In this document: in pieces, positions 55,301 through 63,014 of the stretch
Position numbering within the stretch: position 1 is the stretch's first letter
How the letters are laid out: every line of letters begins with the position of its first letter
Assembly: GCA_963675935.2 (NCBI GenBank)
Contig: CAXXPV010000007.1
Coordinates: 133,038-197,037, forward strand
Direction: 5' to 3'
Length of the DNA stretch: 64,000 bases
Source: Thermoguttaceae bacterium
GTDB taxonomy: Bacteria; Planctomycetota; Planctomycetia; Pirellulales; Thermoguttaceae
Position numbers and translations under genes: made by a program
Notes under the pieces: generated by a model
The model's input: the letters and a program-made list of their open reading frames with translations, nothing else
What the model was told of the DNA's origin: nothing
Databases searched by the model: none

Positions 55301-58300
55301 TTTTGGACGTTGTGAGCGACGGCAACGGTGGGCAAGGGCTTAGACTTGATCTGCTCGGCGGCCGTGTCGTCGATCTGCCGAAAGGCTTTCATCGCCAGGG
55401 AGACAAGTTGCAGGATCTCTGGTGCGCCGATAATTGCATCGACGTGTTTTTTTCGTCCACGGAGACTCTCAATCCCAATTCCGTCAATCGCCCGCTTCTG
55501 TTGGTCTCCTGTCGGAAGCCCGCGGGAATTTTTACCAAACGATTGGAAGACGTGACCAACGCAGATGTCTACAATGCCTACGTTCGCTTGAAAGACGCCC
55601 CAGGCTTCAAAACTTGCGCGATTGCGGGCTTTCCGATTGTATTTGCCGCCGAAACGAGCAATGGCGACGTGCATATCGTGGAAGCCAGCGGTTTTGTGGA
55701 TGGCAAGAACCGCGTGAAGGTTCGGTACATGTTGTCGCAACCGCAACAAGCCAAGGCATCGAACTCCGTGGATGCACCGGCCGTCAACTCCGCCGCGGAC
55801 CTGAAGGCCCTGCAAGGCCCGTGGAAAGTCGTCCGCGTGGAAAAGGGAAAGGACGCTGACTCCTCTTGGCAAAGAATCCTTGGATACGATTTCGGGGCCA
55901 CGGACCCTGCCGCCGTCAATCGCTTCGACTTCGAAGAAAACATGCTGAAAGTCATGGCTTTCTCGCAAGGCTCCCTATGCGAGTTTCACTACCGCATCGA
56001 TCCAACAGCGACGGCCAAGGCCATCGATTTTTCCCACGGCTCCTTCGCCGCCAACAAGGAAGGTGACTTGGGCGCGGTCGGCATTTATCAGCTCGACGGT
56101 GATCGATTGAAGATTTGCCTGACGCGATACATGCTTTCGCTGAAGACCGACCAACGTCCCAAGCAATTCGCCGTCGCGCCCGGCTCGTCGGACATTCTGT
56201 TTACCCTCGAACGATTTTCTCTTCCAGAAGACTACAAAGTAATCCAGGACACATGGTCGCATTACTGGGCGGTGGTCAGTCAGATCGACGATGGGAAACC
56301 CATCCCGGCGGAAAAACTCCGTACAAGGGAATGTCTGTTTCAGGGCAACTCCGCATTCTGGATACACGATCTGAATCCCCAAGGATTATCTCACCACGAG
56401 ATAGCCAGAGGTCAGTACGTTCTCGATGCGGCGAAGCAGCCGAAAGAACTTTCGGTCTTCGATTATGGAGAATCGAGAGAGCAAGACCTCCACGGCATCT
56501 ACAAGCTCGATGGCGAGCGGCTGACCATTGCCTATCGCAAGGGCGGCCAACGACCGGCGACGTTCGAGTCGAAGCCCGGTTCCGGCGTCACGTTGTTGGA
56601 GTGTCGCAAGACAAAACGGCCGAGGCCGGCGCCAATCGCCGACGCCGAAAGCAACACGGGAATGGGCCTAATCAACAAAATAGGGACGCCGGGCGGCGGA
56701 ATGGGCGGCGGCCCGACGGCTACCGTCAACTCCGCCGCCGAATTCAAGGCGTTGCAAGGCTCCTGGAAGGTCGTGCGTGTCGAGAAGGAAAAGGACGCCG
56801 AGGCATCCTGGCCCATGCAGGGCAGAAACATGAGCGTCGCCAAGCTGGATCGCCTGCATTGCAGCGACAACTATCTGGACCTTGTAAGCTTGCAGGACGG
56901 CTCCGCCGCAACCTTGCGCTATCGCATCGACCCGGCGGCATCGCCCAAAACGATCGATCTTTTTGAACAAGGTCAGGGCGACGAGATTGGAGTCGCGGTT
57001 GCGCTCGGTTGCTATGAGGTTAAGGGCGACCGATTGACGATTCGATTGGCAAGATTCCTGCCCGTCGTGAAGGGCAATCAGCGACCGGGGAGCGTTGGCG
57101 ACAAGTCGGCTTCCGGCTCCATTCTGTTCCAGCTCGAACGCCATCAGCCTTCCGAGGACGAGAAAGCGATTCAAGGCAATTGGACCATCGCCGACCTGAC
57201 CGAGGACGGCAAGGTTCGGACCGAAGGAAATCTCGGTCCCAGAAAAATTCGGTTTACGGATGAGTTTTTCAACGTCGAATCGGTTTTTTCACCGGAAACA
57301 GTCAGGGATTTGTATTACGGCGTCTTTGCCCTGGATCCGCACGGCACGCGGGAGTCGAACACTTCTGTGCGGATTGCAAACACTGACAAGCGATTCATTC
57401 GCGTGAATAAGTCCATTACCCTTTTCAACAACCGTCTGGAGATTGACCCGGACGGCGATGGGCCGACAAAACTGGAGAAACTGCATGGCATCTACAAGTT
57501 CGATGGCGACCGCCTGACCATTGCCTATCGCAAGGGTGACAAACCGCCCGAGATGTATGAGTCGAAGCCCGGCTCGGACGTTACGTTGTTGACGCTCAAA
57601 CGAGGCGTTCCGACAGAATCGACCGGCGGAATTGGCATGCCAGGAATGGGCATGCCGGGTGGCGGAATGATGATGCCGGCGCAGCCCAAGGAGCCGCCGC
57701 TGCAATTTGGCCCGGTGGTTGAGCGGGCGATCAACACATGGCGCGAACACGCGGGAAACGATGCGATTGATCTGGTGGGCGGAAAACTCATCAATCTGCC
57801 AAAAGACTTCAGCACATTATCGGCCGAAAAGCAGGGCAAATGGTGCGAGGATAACAACGTCGATCTGGCAAACATGGACCTTGATTTTGACCTCGGCACT
57901 CCAAAGACTCGCAATAAGATGGCTCTTGTGCCCGAGGGAATGAAGCTCGCCGCGATCTGGGTTGAACGATGGAATAACGATGTCACCCGCGAAGAACTGT
58001 GCGCAGCGCTCGCATCGGCAACGCCGGGTAAAGTGGTCAGTCCCAACGGCGGCTTTATTTCGGAGCCTGTGTCCGTGATCGATCGAAAAGGCGTCGTTTA
58101 CTTCGCAATGGAGGGCGACCATGTGCTGCCCGCCACGTTCGCGTTCCAAACTCGTAAAGGCGAATTGGGCCTCATGCAGGTGCTTCGCTACACGGAACAA
58201 CCAATCGGGCTGCGGATTCGCTATAAGCTGGCGAAGCCGGCGACGGAAGCCCCCGACATGCAAAAAACCGACGACCCGGCGGCCGCCGTCTCGGCGTTCC

Positions 58301-59106
58301 TGGAGGCAGTTCGATCCGGCAACGAGAAGATGGCCGCCAAGATGCTCAGCTCGCGGGCCAGGGAAAAGTCCGCGAATCGCTCCGTCACGCCGCCGGCCAG
58401 CAGCACCGCGAAATTCACGGTCGGCAAAGTAGAGTATGTAAACGACGACGGGGCGCGAGTCGCCACGACCTGGACCGATCTCGATGCGAATGGGCAACTC
58501 AAAACCGACGAGGCGATCTGGGTGATGCGTCGAGAGCACGGCGGCTGGCGGATTACCGGCGTGGCCGCGGCGGTCTTTCCAGGTGAGCCGCCGGTATTAC
58601 TCAACTTTGAAGACCCGGAAGACATGTGGCGGAAACAGCAGTGGATACGGGAGGAGATGCGTCGGAGGACGGAGAAGCCGCAGGAAGTGCCTACGCCACC
58701 GGACGGTGCTCGCAAGCACACCGCCGCGCGCAAAATTGGACTCGACGCCTTGGACAACAAGGATGCACACGAGTTTGTGGAAGTGTTGTTTCCTTTTCCA
58801 TCCGGCAAGGAAACGCCGTGGAATCAAGTTCAGCAATTTCTGGCCGACTCGAAACCATTTCTCGGACCGGACGGCAAGTGTTCGTTTTCCTCCACGGGAA
58901 TGATCGTTACCGATGAAGCCGGTCGTATTCGGAAAATCCGCGACCAAGTCAAACCGATTGGATCGGCCGCCGTGCCGAAAGTTAAGACGCCCGCAGTCAA
59001 TCCCGCAGCCGAAGCGAAAACGTCGAAAGCGACGACGAAAGACAAGCCGGATAGTTCCGACAAGCAATCGGTCCTGTCTCCGTTGCGCGAAAAAACCGCT
59101 CGGTAG
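52330..59106 (+). CDS. 2,258-aa multidomain protein: zf-HC2 anti-sigma motif, Ser/Thr kinase, TM helix, coiled coil, HlyD-like membrane-fusion domain, two paralogous X modules, four TIGR03067-like domains, NTF2-like domain
   Basis: aa 31-38 HLESCTEC (H-x3-C-x2-C). aa 120-447 kinase (GAGGMGAVY, VALK, HRDVKPSN, DLG, YMAPE). aa 485-505 TM (AIVLLLVGVFCFAAGVLITI). aa 697-965 MFP-like (VTVAHP...AEVRPQANGRLTKVHFQVGAMVKKGDVLMEM...ITAPIDGRI...LLPGMFVRVRL...VVEEGLTEGDSVVV). Four domains end in GIY(K/Q)(L/F)DG(D/E)RL..., RP..FES/KPGS and ...L.R. Confidence 0.85.
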   Translation: MPSVECPKRDELLDYLAGKMPDDASDSVAEHLESCTECQAELATLSDVEDTLVARLRGANVADPFLDESECGRAVLQAKGGKGDSPHLCEAPEGPFRQMGTVPFSPEPSETSLPGQLGEYRPIERLGAGGMGAVYRALHSRLDRVVALKVLPRARTDDPRAIVRFEREMKAIGRLDDPHIVRAYDAREIDGRLVLVMEFVEGLDLGKIVRRLGSVPAADASELARQAALGLQAAHEHGMVHRDVKPSNLMLTPEGVVKVLDLGLARFQLVPDGGLSQFSLPQDSPLPIDPAAKMGLSPSSQHDAQREKGTGTVAANLIGSENQTGRRSQSPFPDDEATDTGQAMGTADYMAPEQAADSHAVDIRADVYSLGATLYKLLSGHAPFDAPGQQGTFEKLLAHRQTPLPPIRRYCPDIPAGLVAVVERMLSKDPAARYATPLEASEALAPFCIGADLPALLRRAMEAKAEIASPKPLAVSQRRKPRLSHAIVLLLVGVFCFAAGVLITITKDGKQMSVEVPLESTTRIGADRKVDVTLPGETKRPASTAATIGKSPQNTALEFEIARVAAELAAQQALLESVDKNKPPRDEYLALIANDPIAKRLDAEVALKRADLEAEKNAVPSSNSEISPIVERTRKEFLTLSKLYDERCHELAQKARDNERSRITNEIVRLAAELTSLQQQEKQQPIPQAVASATRLPPVVTVAHPTVREITDHFDCAGRIQPIQTAEVRPQANGRLTKVHFQVGAMVKKGDVLMEMSSAEATPTAKITAPIDGRISQIVPLTIGKLITADSEEPLATIVSLDSVYVCFPVDQNTVLQLRRKMKPNAPLTVLCGAAANNEDFPYQGKVESVDVPVSPDIGAAQWRAAIVNKDGSLLPGMFVRVRLLTGAPRKALLIPMQAVSRTDRGEPSVFVAKQVANPGQYGAHNIVERRIVKLGQAEKKNLWVVEEGLTEGDSVVVSNSENLRPDMIISPMEQPPTGPIFQFGPIAEKFLDVVSDGNGGQGLRLDLLGGRVVDLPKGFHRQGDKLQDLWCADNCIDVFFSSTETLNPNSVNRPLLLVSCRKPAGIFTKRLEDVTNADVYNAYVRLKDAPGFKTCAIAGFPIVFAAETSNGDVHIVEASGFVDGKNRVKVRYMLSQPQQAKASNSVDAPAVNSAADLKALQGPWKVVRVEKGKDADSSWQRILGYDFGATDPAAVNRFDFEENMLKVMAFSQGSLCEFHYRIDPTATAKAIDFSHGSFAANKEGDLGAVGIYQLDGDRLKICLTRYMLSLKTDQRPKQFAVAPGSSDILFTLERFSLPEDYKVIQDTWSHYWAVVSQIDDGKPIPAEKLRTRECLFQGNSAFWIHDLNPQGLSHHEIARGQYVLDAAKQPKELSVFDYGESREQDLHGIYKLDGERLTIAYRKGGQRPATFESKPGSGVTLLECRKTKRPRPAPIADAESNTGMGLINKIGTPGGGMGGGPTATVNSAAEFKALQGSWKVVRVEKEKDAEASWPMQGRNMSVAKLDRLHCSDNYLDLVSLQDGSAATLRYRIDPAASPKTIDLFEQGQGDEIGVAVALGCYEVKGDRLTIRLARFLPVVKGNQRPGSVGDKSASGSILFQLERHQPSEDEKAIQGNWTIADLTEDGKVRTEGNLGPRKIRFTDEFFNVESVFSPETVRDLYYGVFALDPHGTRESNTSVRIANTDKRFIRVNKSITLFNNRLEIDPDGDGPTKLEKLHGIYKFDGDRLTIAYRKGDKPPEMYESKPGSDVTLLTLKRGVPTESTGGIGMPGMGMPGGGMMMPAQPKEPPLQFGPVVERAINTWREHAGNDAIDLVGGKLINLPKDFSTLSAEKQGKWCEDNNVDLANMDLDFDLGTPKTRNKMALVPEGMKLAAIWVERWNNDVTREELCAALASATPGKVVSPNGGFISEPVSVIDRKGVVYFAMEGDHVLPATFAFQTRKGELGLMQVLRYTEQPIGLRIRYKLAKPATEAPDMQKTDDPAAAVSAFLEAVRSGNEKMAAKMLSSRAREKSANRSVTPPASSTAKFTVGKVEYVNDDGARVATTWTDLDANGQLKTDEAIWVMRREHGGWRITGVAAAVFPGEPPVLLNFEDPEDMWRKQQWIREEMRRRTEKPQEVPTPPDGARKHTAARKIGLDALDNKDAHEFVEVLFPFPSGKETPWNQVQQFLADSKPFLGPDGKCSFSSTGMIVTDEAGRIRKIRDQVKPIGSAAVPKVKTPAVNPAAEAKTSKATTKDKPDSSDKQSVLSPLREKTAR
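52568..52646. repeat. perfect 26-bp inverted repeat embedded in the coding sequence (GGGGACWGTCCCC family)
   Basis: ggggaaaaggggacagtccccatttg (52568-52593) and caaatggggactgtccccttttcccc (52621-52646) are exact reverse complements. Translated in frame as ...GKGDSPHLCEAPEGPFRQMGTVPFSP... Confidence 0.9.
53146..53222. repeat. imperfect inverted repeat of the GGGGACWGTCCC family inside the kinase activation segment
   Basis: gggggactgtcccaattttcgc (53146-53167) against gcgaaaatgggactgtcccc (53203-53222). Confidence 0.75.
53246..53328. repeat. 26-bp inverted repeat (2 mismatches) of the same family inside the kinase activation segment
   Basis: gggaaaaggggacaggcaccgtcgcc (53246-53271) against ggcgacggagccagtccccttttccc (53303-53328). 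Confidence 0.8.
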
Positions 59107-59289
59107 GCCAAAGTGATGCGCGATGCTGTTTCAACAACGCCGTGAATCGCCACACCAGGGCCGATCGATTTTTCCATAAACGGCGACGGGAGTCGCCTTC
59201 TACAATCTGAAGCCACGACCGGAAGTATTCGCGGCACATTCGGGCGAAACGGGCAAACACCTCGGCCGCCAACGTCTGCATCGCGAGAA

Positions 59290-59426
59290 GCCGCTACGGT
59301 GTCTGCCGGCGTGTTTTGGAACAAATCAATGTATTGGAACGCCAAACCGGCTTGAGTCAGAGCGGTTTCGAGCGTGCCGGCCGCCTCTTGCGGCATGTGG
59401 CGAAGGATAAGAACCGTGGGTTTCAT
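59290..59426 (-). pseudogene. possible remnant of a class-I glutamine amidotransferase N-terminus
   Basis: MKPTVLILRHMPQEAAGTLETALTQAGLAFQYIDLFQ looks like a GATase1 start with SD gagga. Similarity is lost afterwards, and the long ORF 58830..59669 overlaps the end of the giant gene. Confidence 0.3.
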
Positions 59427-59463
59427 CACGGAGTACATCCTCAAAGTTTGGGCGCGGCCATGC

Positions 59464-59512
59464 GGGAAGGGGGGCTTGGGACCAAGACCCAAGTCCCAAG
59501 ACCTAAGAACCC
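59464..59512. repeat. short copy of repeat family 1 (CCCAAGTCCCAAGACCTAAG)
   Basis: gggcttgggaccaagacccaagtcccaagacctaagaaccc. Confidence 0.6.
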
Positions 59513-59674
59513 AATTAGTTGTAGCGATGCCGCGTAATGCTGATTTAATAGGCAAGACCGGCCATTGCTTTACGCAAAAGGGCAACGCCCCCTTTTGCCG
59601 ATCCCTCCGGTTTGCTAGGCTATAAATAGCGATTTCCCATTCATTGATTGATCCCCGGACAACGAGCAATTTTG

Positions 59675-60121
59675 ATGCCAGACAACGCCCTGCCGACGCT
59701 CTCGAAACCCGTGTGCCGCAGCAAAATGCGGCGCAAAGACCTTCGGCCGGGCGAAATCCTTTGCACCCACTGCGCGGCCAAGTGCTGCCGCTACTTCGCC
59801 CTGCCCATCGACAAGCCCACGGATTGGCAGGACTTCGATTACATCCGCTGGTACCTGTTGCACGAGGGCGCGGCCATCTTCACCGACGAGGAAGGCTGGT
59901 ATCTCCTGGTCCACAATTGCTGCAAGCACCTCGGCGAAGACAACCTCTGCGGCATCTACGAAACTCGTCCGCAAATCTGCCGCGACTACACCACAGCCAA
60001 TTGCGAATACGACGACGAGTGGGTGTACGACCATTATTGGGAAACGCCGGAGCAGATCGAGGAGTATGCCGAAGCGATCCTCGGCCCCCGCGAGGAAATA
60101 AGTGCGACGAACGAAACGTAA
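59675..60121 (+). CDS. YkgJ-family (UPF0153) cysteine-cluster protein
   Basis: CTHCAAKCCRYF (CxxCxxCC), then HNCCKHLGEDNLCGIYETRPQICRDY. Start taken at the ATG at 59675; the ORF opens at a TTG at 59648. Confidence 0.75.
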   Translation: MPDNALPTLSKPVCRSKMRRKDLRPGEILCTHCAAKCCRYFALPIDKPTDWQDFDYIRWYLLHEGAAIFTDEEGWYLLVHNCCKHLGEDNLCGIYETRPQICRDYTTANCEYDDEWVYDHYWETPEQIEEYAEAILGPREEISATNET

Positions 60122-60177
60122 AATATATTTTACGCGGCAAGAGAATAAAGCCGCGATAGCCAACAGCGGCGATCGTT

Positions 60178-60428
60178 AAAAGCCGCGAAGCGGCGATAGT
60201 CAATAGCCAGGGGCGTGAGGCCCTGGAACCAAAGACGGTTCATGAGTGGAAGCCCCGCAGGGGCGGCAGAAGTCACTGCCGCCGCTTCGCGGTTTTTGCG
60301 AGTCGTCTACTTTTCCCACCAGGGGCTTACGCCCCTGGCTATTGACTACCGTCCCTTCGGGACTAACAATCACCTCGACAATCACGCGCATCACCAGCCG
60401 GGGACTACCGTCCCTTCGGGACTAACAA
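60178..60428. repeat. cluster of inverted and direct repeats between ykgJ-like and hisS
   Basis: ccgcgaagcggcg (60183) pairs with cgccgcttcgcgg+ttttt (60280). gtcaatagccaggggcgtgaggccctgg (60199-60226) is inverted at 60319-60346. The direct repeat gactaccgtcccttcgggactaacaa lies at 60343-60368 and 60403-60428. Confidence 0.75.
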
Positions 60429-60460
60429 CGTGATTTGCTTACCCATTACCCACTAATCCC

Positions 60461-61798
60461 GTGACTGAACGCATCACCCCACGCACATTAAAAGGTTTCC
60501 GCGACTATCCGCCGGAGGCGATGATCCCGCGCGAGCGGCTCATCGAAACCGCCCGGCGAGTCTATCGCTCCTACGGCTTCTCGCCGATCGACACCCCGGC
60601 GCTCGAATATCTCGAAATCCTCTCGGGCAAGGGCAGCGACGAAACCGACAAGCAGCTCTACAAGTTTCAGGACCACGGCGGACGCTGGGTCGGCCTGCGG
60701 TTCGATCTGACGGTTCCGCTGGCGCGGTTCGTCGCGCAACATGCCAATGAACTAGGCACGCCCTTCAAGCGATACCACATCGCCGCGGTCTGGCGTGGCG
60801 AAAACACGCAACGCGGCCGCTATCGCGAGTTCATGCAGTGCGATTTCGACACCATCGGCACACGCTCCACGGCCGCCGACATCGAAACCGCGCTGGTCAT
60901 CCACGACTTGTTCCATGCCATCGGCTTCGCCGACTTCACCATTCGCATCAATAACCGCATGGTGCTTTCCGGCCTGCTGGAGCGGCTCGGGCTGGCCGAC
61001 CGCTCGACGGCCGTGCTTCGCGCCTTGGACAAGCTCGGCAAAATCGGCCCCGAGGCCGTGGCCGAGGAAATGGTTTCGGTCGCCGGCGCCACGTTGGAGC
61101 AGGCCAAGCAGGTGTTGCGGCTCTCGGAAATCACCGGCGGCAACGACGACGTTTTGCGACAGGTGGAATCGCTCGTGGCCGGCAGCGAGATCGGGCTCTC
61201 CGGCGTCGCAAAGCTGAAGGAGACGCTCGACGGCGCGACGGCCGCCGGCGTTCCGCCCGAACGATTGCGGCTCGATCTCTCGATCGCCCGGGGATTGGAT
61301 TACTACACCGGCACGATCTTCGAGACTTTTTTGGACGCCCTGCCGGGCATCGGCAGCGTCTGCTCCGGCGGACGTTACGACAATCTGGCCGGACTGTTCA
61401 CCGCGCAAGAGTTGCCGGGCATCGGCGCGTCGCTGGGCCTCGACCGACTGCTGGCCGCGATGGAAGAGTTGGGCATGATCGAAAAGATCGCCACGCCGGC
61501 CCCGGTGCTCATTCCGTTTTTCGACAAAGACCGCCTGCACGATTATCTGCGGCTGGCCGCCACGTTGCGTCGCTCGGGCATCGGCGTCGAAGTCTATCCC
61601 GACGCCAAAAAACTCGGCCAGCAACTCAAGTACGCCGACCGCCGCGGCTTCCGCATCGCCTTGATCGCCGGCGGCGACGAGTTCCAGTCGGGCGTATGTC
61701 AGGTGAAGGATTTGCGATCTGGCGAGAAGCAGGACGTGCCGCTGGCCGACGACGCAGCGGCGATTGTCGCGGCGGTAAAAGGTATCCTGGAGAAATAG
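60461..61798 (+). CDS. hisS: histidine--tRNA ligase
   Basis: LKGFRDYPPEAM, LRFDLTVPLARF, YHIAAVWRGENTQRGRYREFMQCDFD, GGRYDNL, and a C-terminal anticodon-binding domain. GTG start. Confidence 0.9.
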   Translation: MTERITPRTLKGFRDYPPEAMIPRERLIETARRVYRSYGFSPIDTPALEYLEILSGKGSDETDKQLYKFQDHGGRWVGLRFDLTVPLARFVAQHANELGTPFKRYHIAAVWRGENTQRGRYREFMQCDFDTIGTRSTAADIETALVIHDLFHAIGFADFTIRINNRMVLSGLLERLGLADRSTAVLRALDKLGKIGPEAVAEEMVSVAGATLEQAKQVLRLSEITGGNDDVLRQVESLVAGSEIGLSGVAKLKETLDGATAAGVPPERLRLDLSIARGLDYYTGTIFETFLDALPGIGSVCSGGRYDNLAGLFTAQELPGIGASLGLDRLLAAMEELGMIEKIATPAPVLIPFFDKDRLHDYLRLAATLRRSGIGVEVYPDAKKLGQQLKYADRRGFRIALIAGGDEFQSGVCQVKDLRSGEKQDVPLADDAAAIVAAVKGILEK

Positions 61799-61801
61799 GG
61801 C

Positions 61802-61840
61802 TTGACTTCCGTTGTGAGTGTTGTACAATACCCACAACGG
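61802..61840 (+). promoter_or_regulatory. sigma70-like promoter overlapped by an 8-bp inverted repeat (candidate operator of the XRE gene)
   Basis: TTGACT (61802-61807), 16-nt spacer, TACAAT (61824-61829). The pair ccgttgtg (61809-61816) / cacaacgg (61833-61840) flanks the -10 element. Confidence 0.4.
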
Positions 61841-61898
61841 AGTGAGGATTGTAGCGAAAAGCCCTTTCCACCACCCCTTGTAGGGTAAGGGATAACTA

Positions 61899-62264
61899 AT
61901 GAACACTTTTGCCAGTTTGCTCAAAAAGCTGCGGGCCGAACGCGGGCTGACCTTGCGAGAGTTTTGCCTCCAGAACCAGTTCGATCCGGGCAATTACAGC
62001 CGGCTCGAGCGCGGCTTGTATCCACCGCCCCAAAGTCACGAGCAGATCGAGAAATACGCCCGTGCCTTGGGATTGCAGGAAGGCTCCGAAGAATGGATGG
62101 AGCTTTTCGACGTCGCGGCGGCGGCGCGGGGCGAAATCCCCCGCGATCTGCTGACCGACGCCGAACTTGTGGAAAAGCTGCCGGTCCTTTTCAGGACGTT
62201 GCGAGGGCAACCCGTCTCGCCCGAAAAGCTCGAACAACTGGCCGAGTTGATTCGCAGGAGTTGA
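61899..62264 (+). CDS. XRE-family helix-turn-helix transcriptional regulator
   Basis: FASLLKKLRAERGLTLREFCLQNQFDPGNYSRLERG is a Cro/C1-type HTH. Confidence 0.7.
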   Translation: MNTFASLLKKLRAERGLTLREFCLQNQFDPGNYSRLERGLYPPPQSHEQIEKYARALGLQEGSEEWMELFDVAAAARGEIPRDLLTDAELVEKLPVLFRTLRGQPVSPEKLEQLAELIRRS

Positions 62265-62298
62265 ATCTTCTCCAAATGCTGTCGGGAGGATAGCCCTC

Positions 62299-62928
62299 AT
62301 GGACCTACGATTGACGACGGTTGCCACGTTTTGCACGCCGGAAGACGCTGAGGTAGCTCGTCTTGTCTTGGAAGACAACGGCATCGCCACCAGCCAGGAA
62401 GGTGCGAATACCGTCGGTATGCTTTGGTACTACGGGAACGCGACCGGTTGGGTCAAGCTCCAGGTGGCCGAAGCCGACGCAGCTCGCGCCCGCGAAATCT
62501 TGTCGCTGCGGTTGGACAATGAAAACGCGGACAAACCGCCTCGTCGCTGTCCGAAATGTGGCGTCAAGGTTCCTGCGGGCTATGCCATTTGCTGGGCCTG
62601 CGAATCGCCGATCGCCGAGGCGAAGGAACCGAGTTCTGCGCCGCCCGATGGAAGCTCATCGCCCATTCAAGACATCGACGAGGACGACGAGGACGAACCG
62701 CCGACCGCTGTCGGCGACGCGATGGCGTGGCGGGCATTTGTCGCTGCGATTTTCGGCGTGGTTTTTTGCCCGCCGCTATTGAGCTTTTATTCCGGCTGGA
62801 TTCTTCTGAAAATCGCGATTCAAAATCATCCCTTGAGTCGAAAGGGCCATCGAAGTTATTATGTGGCGATGGTCGTCGATCTGGGAGTATGCTGCGCGGT
62901 AGGGTGGTTTATGCGGCATTGCATATAG
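62299..62928 (+). CDS. membrane protein with DUF2007-like N-domain, zinc ribbon and C-terminal TM helices
   Basis: N-terminal TVATFCTPEDAEVARLVLEDNGIA, CPKCGVKVPAGYAICWAC, an acidic linker, then two hydrophobic helices (AFVAAIFGVVFCPPLLSFYSGWILL, YYVAMVVDLGVCCAVGWF). Confidence 0.5.
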   Translation: MDLRLTTVATFCTPEDAEVARLVLEDNGIATSQEGANTVGMLWYYGNATGWVKLQVAEADAARAREILSLRLDNENADKPPRRCPKCGVKVPAGYAICWACESPIAEAKEPSSAPPDGSSSPIQDIDEDDEDEPPTAVGDAMAWRAFVAAIFGVVFCPPLLSFYSGWILLKIAIQNHPLSRKGHRSYYVAMVVDLGVCCAVGWFMRHCI

Positions 62929-63014
62929 AATTCATCGCCTCGGCGGGAGACTTGCGAAACCGCAAGCGGTTTTCTATTCTAATCCCTAGCCCCCAACTCT
63001 AGCCCCTCTTCCTC

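Noticed and set aside
58830-59669. 279-aa minus-strand ORF as a genuine gene
   Set aside because: It overlaps the last 276 nt of the well-supported giant gene. Only about 40 residues after an internal Met look like a known family, and it reads through a repeat element. It is treated as a remnant at most.
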